DNA from: Bacteroidales bacterium
GTDB lineage: Bacteria > Bacteroidota > Bacteroidia > Bacteroidales > UBA7960
DNA length: 43,492 bases
NCBI GenBank assembly: GCA_007132585.1
Contig: SLOJ01000086.1
Span: 1-43,492 of the forward strand
Reading direction: 5' to 3'
Shown: positions 39,466 through 43,492 of the stretch, piece by piece
How positions within the stretch are numbered: position 1 is the first letter of the stretch
Layout of the letters: the number at the start of each line of letters is the position of its first letter
Notes under the pieces: model-generated
Seen by the model: the letters and a program-made list of their open reading frames with translations, nothing else
Told to the model about the DNA's origin: nothing
Database searches by the model: none
Program-made: the position numbers and the translations under genes

Positions 39466-40086
39466 TCATTTGGTAGTATTTTCAAGAGTAAAAAACTCCC
39501 TGCAACTAAAACATTCATTGTCGGGATCGTTAGACCCAATGATCACAAGTCGTTCCATGGCATATTGATTGAGAAGATTCCGATACCAGTTTATTGAATG
39601 TTCATCAAGATTGGTGCAGGGTTCATCAAGAATTATAAGCTCAGCATCACTCATTACTGCCAATACAAGTTTTACCCTTTGCTTCATGCCTGAAGAATAA
39701 TATTTCAATGGTTTATCAATGCTTTTCCTTAACCCGGAAAGATCTATCAATGATTCTACATTATGATTACCAACCCATGATTTGAATTTTGCATGAAAAA
39801 CCAATATTTCTTTAAGATTAAAATCTTCAATAAGTTCAAGGTGTGGTGAAGCCCAACCGATTCTTTTGGGTAAAGAATCAGATAAATCCTGATCGTTTAA
39901 TTGCCATTTGATTTTTCCTTCAGTTGGGGGTAAAATACCACTTATAATTTTCAACAAAGTAGTTTTTCCACTTCCGTTGTTTCCAATAATACCATAATGA
40001 ACAGGGCTATCAAAATGAGCATTAACCTTCCTGAAAATCCAGTTATAAATATATCTTTTCCCTACATTTTCAAGACGAATCTTCAT
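39466..40086 (-). CDS. Small stand-alone ABC-type ATP-binding protein
   Basis: 206-aa ORF with Walker A GNNGSGKTT, signature YSSGMKQRV and Walker B LIILDEP. There is no adjacent permease gene. Confidence 0.85.
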   Translation of the reverse strand: MKIRLENVGKRYIYNWIFRKVNAHFDSPVHYGIIGNNGSGKTTLLKIISGILPPTEGKIKWQLNDQDLSDSLPKRIGWASPHLELIEDFNLKEILVFHAKFKSWVGNHNVESLIDLSGLRKSIDKPLKYYSSGMKQRVKLVLAVMSDAELIILDEPCTNLDEHSINWYRNLLNQYAMERLVIIGSNDPDNECFSCREFFTLENTTK

Positions 40087-40117
40087 AACGGACTAATAAC
40101 AATCAAAGGGTGATATA

Positions 40118-40906
40118 TTACTTTTCCTGATAATTGTAACCTTTCATTATGCCCCGACTGGAATTGGTGATAAAAGAAATGATTTCATCTCTTTCAGGGG
40201 AGGCAGGCATTTCGGCTTCAATATGAGAAATAGCTTTTGAAACGTTCATTTTTCTAAGATAAATGATCCTGTAAATTTCCTGGATTTCATTGATCTTTTC
40301 CGAAGAAAAACCTCTTCTTCGCAGCCCAACGGAATTTATTCCTACAAATGATAGCGGATCTCGTGCAGCCTTGGTATAGGGTGGTACATCTTTGCGAACG
40401 AGAGAACCACCAGAGATCATTACATGCGGCCCTATATTTACAAACTGATGTACGGCAGATAACCCACCGATAATAGCAAAATCACTAATTGTAATATGAC
40501 CTGCCAGTGTAGCGGCATTTGCCAGAATGCAGTTATTACCTACTACACAATCATGAGCAATATGCACATATGCCATAAGCAGGCAGTTATTTCCCACAAC
40601 AGTTTTGTCATTGGCTTTGGTTCCCCTGTTGATGGTGACAAATTCCCTTATTGTTGTATTATCACCTATTTCAACTGTAGTTTCTTCGCCCGCAAATTTA
40701 AGGTCCTGAGGAATTGCAGAGATTACTGCTCCGGGAAATATCTTACAATTTTTTCCAATCCGGGCACCTTCCATTATGGTAACATTTGATCCAATCCATG
40801 TACCTTCTCCAATTTCAACATTTTTGTGGATCGTAACAAATGGTTCGATTACAACATTGTTGGCTATCTTTGCCTGCGGATGTACGTATGCTAAAGGTTG
40901 ATTCAT
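40118..40906 (-). CDS. lpxA: Acyl-ACP--UDP-N-acetylglucosamine O-acyltransferase
   Basis: 262-aa ORF with a left-handed beta-helix of hexapeptide repeats, MNQPLAYVHPQAKIANNVVIEPFVTI. It lies downstream of lpxC/fabZ. Confidence 0.93.
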   Translation of the reverse strand: MNQPLAYVHPQAKIANNVVIEPFVTIHKNVEIGEGTWIGSNVTIMEGARIGKNCKIFPGAVISAIPQDLKFAGEETTVEIGDNTTIREFVTINRGTKANDKTVVGNNCLLMAYVHIAHDCVVGNNCILANAATLAGHITISDFAIIGGLSAVHQFVNIGPHVMISGGSLVRKDVPPYTKAARDPLSFVGINSVGLRRRGFSSEKINEIQEIYRIIYLRKMNVSKAISHIEAEMPASPERDEIISFITNSSRGIMKGYNYQEK

Positions 40907-40912
40907 TATAGA

Positions 40913-42307
40913 TTATTTTGTTTTAACAATTTGTGCCATCAGTTCCGACTCCATCACTACTTTAGAACCCACAAAGGCCAAACATTTCATGTGGCAAATA
41001 CCCCTTCTTACGGGAGAAATAAGAGTACACTTAAGTATAAGTGTATCACCCGGCACAACTTTTTGCTTAAATTTTACATTATCGATTTTCAAAAAATATG
41101 TGCTGTAATTCTCAGGGTCTTCAACAGTTGAAAGGATAAGGATACCTCCGGCCTGGGCCATAGCTTCAATTTGCAATACACCTGGCATTACAGGTTCATT
41201 AGGAAAATGACCCATAAAAAAAGACTCATTCATGGTGAGGTTCTTGACACCTACCACATGCGATTCACTCATTTCGATGACCTTATCCACTAAAAGAAAA
41301 GGATACCGATGAGGTAGCATTCTCTTAATATCGTTAATATCATAAATTGGTTTTTTATCTGGGTCATTTTGGGGAATTTGCTGCTCAACCATTCTTTTCT
41401 TGATATGTTTCTTGATTTCCTTCGCAAACTTTACATTTGAAGCATGACCAGGTTTGCGTGCGATGATCTGTCCTTTTATACGTTTCCCCGCCAGGGTTAA
41501 ATCACCCACTATATCAAGCAACTTATGCCTTGCTGCTTCGTTTTCGAAATAGGGTTCAAGGTTGTTAAGAATACCTTCGGTTCTAACCTCAACAGATGGT
41601 TTATTAAACAGCTTTGCCAGTCTGTCAAGTTCATCTTGCTCAACCACCCTGTCAACATATACTATAGCATTGCTGAGATCGCCACCTTTGATCAGGTTTT
41701 GATTGAGTAGATATTCAAGTTCATGCAAAAAAACAAAAGTACGGCAGGGTGCAATTTGTGAATTAAAATCAACTATCTTATCGAGCACAGCATATTGTGA
41801 ACCTAATACCTTCGATTTAAAATCAATCATGCATGAAATCCTGTAGTCGTCAGATGCTACAGCAATAAATTCACAATCCTTTTCCTCATCATAAAAACGA
41901 ATGGTTTCTTTCACTTCAAAATACTCACGTGGAGCTTCCTGCTGCACAACACCTGCTTTTTCAAGTGCTTCTGCATAATACTTGCTGCTGCCATCCATTA
42001 TTGGCATTTCCTGGCAATCCACATCAATAATTATATTATCGATATCCATACCTGTTACAGCAGCCAGAACATGTTCAACCGTAAGTAGTTTTACCCCATC
42101 TTTTTCAATGGTTGTGCCCCGCGATGTATCCACAACATAGTCTGCATCCGCTTCTATAAACACATCTTCTCCAATATCGGAGCGTAAAAAACGGATGCCG
42201 GTATTTTCTTCGGAAGGTTTGAAAGTTAAAGAAACATTTTGACCGGTATGTAAACCAACCCCCGATACCGTAACCGGATATTTTATTGTTTTTTGCTTCT
42301 CAATCAT
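40913..42307 (-). CDS. lpxC: Bifunctional UDP-3-O-acyl-GlcNAc deacetylase / 3-hydroxyacyl-ACP dehydratase
   Basis: 464-aa ORF. The N-terminal LpxC part has VSGVGLHTGQ and EHVLAA. The C-terminal FabZ part has LPHRYPFLLVDKV and GHFPNEPVMPGVLQIEAMAQ. This fusion is typical of Bacteroidota. Confidence 0.95.
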   Translation of the reverse strand: MIEKQKTIKYPVTVSGVGLHTGQNVSLTFKPSEENTGIRFLRSDIGEDVFIEADADYVVDTSRGTTIEKDGVKLLTVEHVLAAVTGMDIDNIIIDVDCQEMPIMDGSSKYYAEALEKAGVVQQEAPREYFEVKETIRFYDEEKDCEFIAVASDDYRISCMIDFKSKVLGSQYAVLDKIVDFNSQIAPCRTFVFLHELEYLLNQNLIKGGDLSNAIVYVDRVVEQDELDRLAKLFNKPSVEVRTEGILNNLEPYFENEAARHKLLDIVGDLTLAGKRIKGQIIARKPGHASNVKFAKEIKKHIKKRMVEQQIPQNDPDKKPIYDINDIKRMLPHRYPFLLVDKVIEMSESHVVGVKNLTMNESFFMGHFPNEPVMPGVLQIEAMAQAGGILILSTVEDPENYSTYFLKIDNVKFKQKVVPGDTLILKCTLISPVRRGICHMKCLAFVGSKVVMESELMAQIVKTK

Positions 42308-42401
42308 AATCCTGTATTAGTCCGTAAATCTATTGTAAAAAAAAACAGTAAACGGGTAAAAAATGGAAAAATAAATTTATACACCCGATTAAAAAACCAG
42401 G

Positions 42402-42409
42402 CAAAGATA
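42402..42409 (-). promoter_or_regulatory. -7 box TATCTTTG upstream of lpxC/fabZ
   Basis: + strand CAAAGATA is TAnnTTTG on the minus strand, 95 nt upstream of ATG 42307, inside the 149-nt lpxD-lpxC spacer. Confidence 0.3.
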
Positions 42410-42456
42410 TGATTTTTTATCGTTTTGGTCGCTCTCCTAACTTTGTAAATACAAGA

Positions 42457-43492
42457 TCAAGGCTTGTTTTTCAGCAGTTTCAATTCATTCTCCATTTCGT
42501 CAATTCTCTTAATCAGCCTTTCAAAGTTACGAAAATGTATGTAGGCCTTTATATATTTCTCATGGTCAATGGCAGGAGAACCCATAATGGTTTTGCCATT
42601 TCTTACATTGGAAGATAAGCCCGATTGGGCAGCAATTTTCACTTCATCACCCACGGAAATATGTCCGCTAATGCCAACCTGACCACCAATCATACAATTT
42701 TTCCCTACTTTGCTGGATCCTGCTATTCCGGACTGGGCAGCAATAACAGTGTTTTCGCCTATTGTTACATTATGTGCAACCTGAATAAGATTATCTAGTT
42801 TAACTCCTTTTTTAATAATCGTTGATCCCATGGTTGCCCGATCAATAGTAGTATTGGCACCTATCTCAACATTATCTTCCAGTATTACATTGCCAATTTG
42901 TGCAACTTTCATATAGTTATTATCACTTTGTGGTGCAAATCCAAAACCATCAGCGCCTATAACAGCACCGGAGTGTATCGTGCAATTTTTGCCTATAAGG
43001 CAATTTTCATATATCCTGACACCCGGATAAAGTTTGGTACCGGCCTTTATAATAACATTATTGCCAATATAACATTGGGGAAAAATTTTCACTGAATCTT
43101 CAATCACTACATTCTCGCCTATTACTGTAAACTCACCGATATATAGGTCTTTACCAAGTTTTACTGTTTCAGCAACACTTGCCATGGAAGAAATGCCTTT
43201 TTTCTGAGGAAGGTTTTGCTGATAAAGGTTTAGCAACTCTGCGAGGGCCTGATAGGCATTTTCAACCCTGATCAGGGTTCCCGATATTGGTTTTTCAGGA
43301 TTAAAATCTTTGTTAACCAATATTATACTGGCTCCGGTTGTATATATATACTGAGCGTAAGCAGGGTTTGCAAGAAAGGTAAGGCTACCCGGGCGGGCTT
43401 CTTCTATTTTTGAGATTGTATTTACCTTTGATTCGGGGTTACCGTCAATTTCACCCCTCAGATAGTCAGAAATTTGTTTAGCAGTAAATTCC
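42457..43492 (-). CDS. lpxD: UDP-3-O-acylglucosamine N-acyltransferase (5' end truncated by the window edge)
   Basis: The frame stays open from 43320 to the window end (EFTAKQISDYLRGEIDGNPESKVNTISKIEEARPGSLTFLANPAYAQ...). The track's start at 43320 is an internal TTG. The body has hexapeptide repeats. The true ATG should lie 1-3 nt past nt 43492. Confidence 0.93.
   Translation of the reverse strand, partial: EFTAKQISDYLRGEIDGNPESKVNTISKIEEARPGSLTFLANPAYAQYIYTTGASIILVNKDFNPEKPISGTLIRVENAYQALAELLNLYQQNLPQKKGISSMASVAETVKLGKDLYIGEFTVIGENVVIEDSVKIFPQCYIGNNVIIKAGTKLYPGVRIYENCLIGKNCTIHSGAVIGADGFGFAPQSDNNYMKVAQIGNVILEDNVEIGANTTIDRATMGSTIIKKGVKLDNLIQVAHNVTIGENTVIAAQSGIAGSSKVGKNCMIGGQVGISGHISVGDEVKIAAQSGLSSNVRNGKTIMGSPAIDHEKYIKAYIHFRNFERLIKRIDEMENELKLLKNKP

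Noticed and set aside
42438-42445. + strand TAACTTTG -7-like box in the lpxD-lpxC spacer
   Set aside because: It would drive transcription antisense into lpxD with no + strand gene to serve. A chance occurrence in AT-rich DNA is likely.

Overview
AT-rich bacterial chromosomal segment, almost certainly from a member of the Bacteroidota. Supporting signs: a fused lpxC-fabZ gene in an lpxD-lpxC/fabZ-lpxA cluster, a single-Cys (non-zinc) L36, a str-S10-spc-alpha ribosomal supercluster without tuf or adk, A-rich leaders without Shine-Dalgarno sequences, and recurrent TAnnTTTG (-7 box) motifs upstream of start codons. Layout: (i) 173-20282, minus strand: eno plus an uninterrupted 33-gene block rpsL-rpsG-fusA-rpsJ-rplCDWB-rpsS-rplV-rpsC-rplP-rpmC-rpsQ-rplNXE-rpsNH-rplFR-rpsE-rpmD-rplO-secY-map-infA-rpmJ-rpsMKD-rpoA-rplQ (rpmJ is absent from the ORF track and was found by hand). 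(ii) 20.7-33.4 kb: housekeeping mix (secreted S9-type serine hydrolase, UvrD/PcrA helicase, DUF4290-like protein plus murA, grpE-dnaJ, NatAB/YhaQP-like ABC exporter, Ppx/GppA phosphatase, sigma-54 activator). (iii) 33.4-39.4 kb: the only accessory-looking stretch, a divergent five-gene envelope locus. It holds an exported erythromycin-esterase-family hydrolase, two paralogous outer-membrane beta-barrel-like proteins (one with an in-frame stop), a REC-histidine-kinase hybrid lacking the phospho-acceptor His, and a lipoprotein serpin. (iv) 39.5-43.5 kb: a small ABC ATPase and lipid A genes lpxA, lpxC/fabZ and lpxD (5' end runs off the window). No rRNA, tRNA, CRISPR array, transposase, integrase or phage gene was recognised. 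I do not see a clear-cut new multi-gene system (no defence-island signature). The most checkable oddities are the His-less kinase next to the serpin, the stop-interrupted beta-barrel gene, the 287-aa L17 with a 24-nt tandem-repeat tail, and two structured spacers inside the otherwise tightly packed ribosomal operons. All domain calls are by-eye motif recognition, not database searches.
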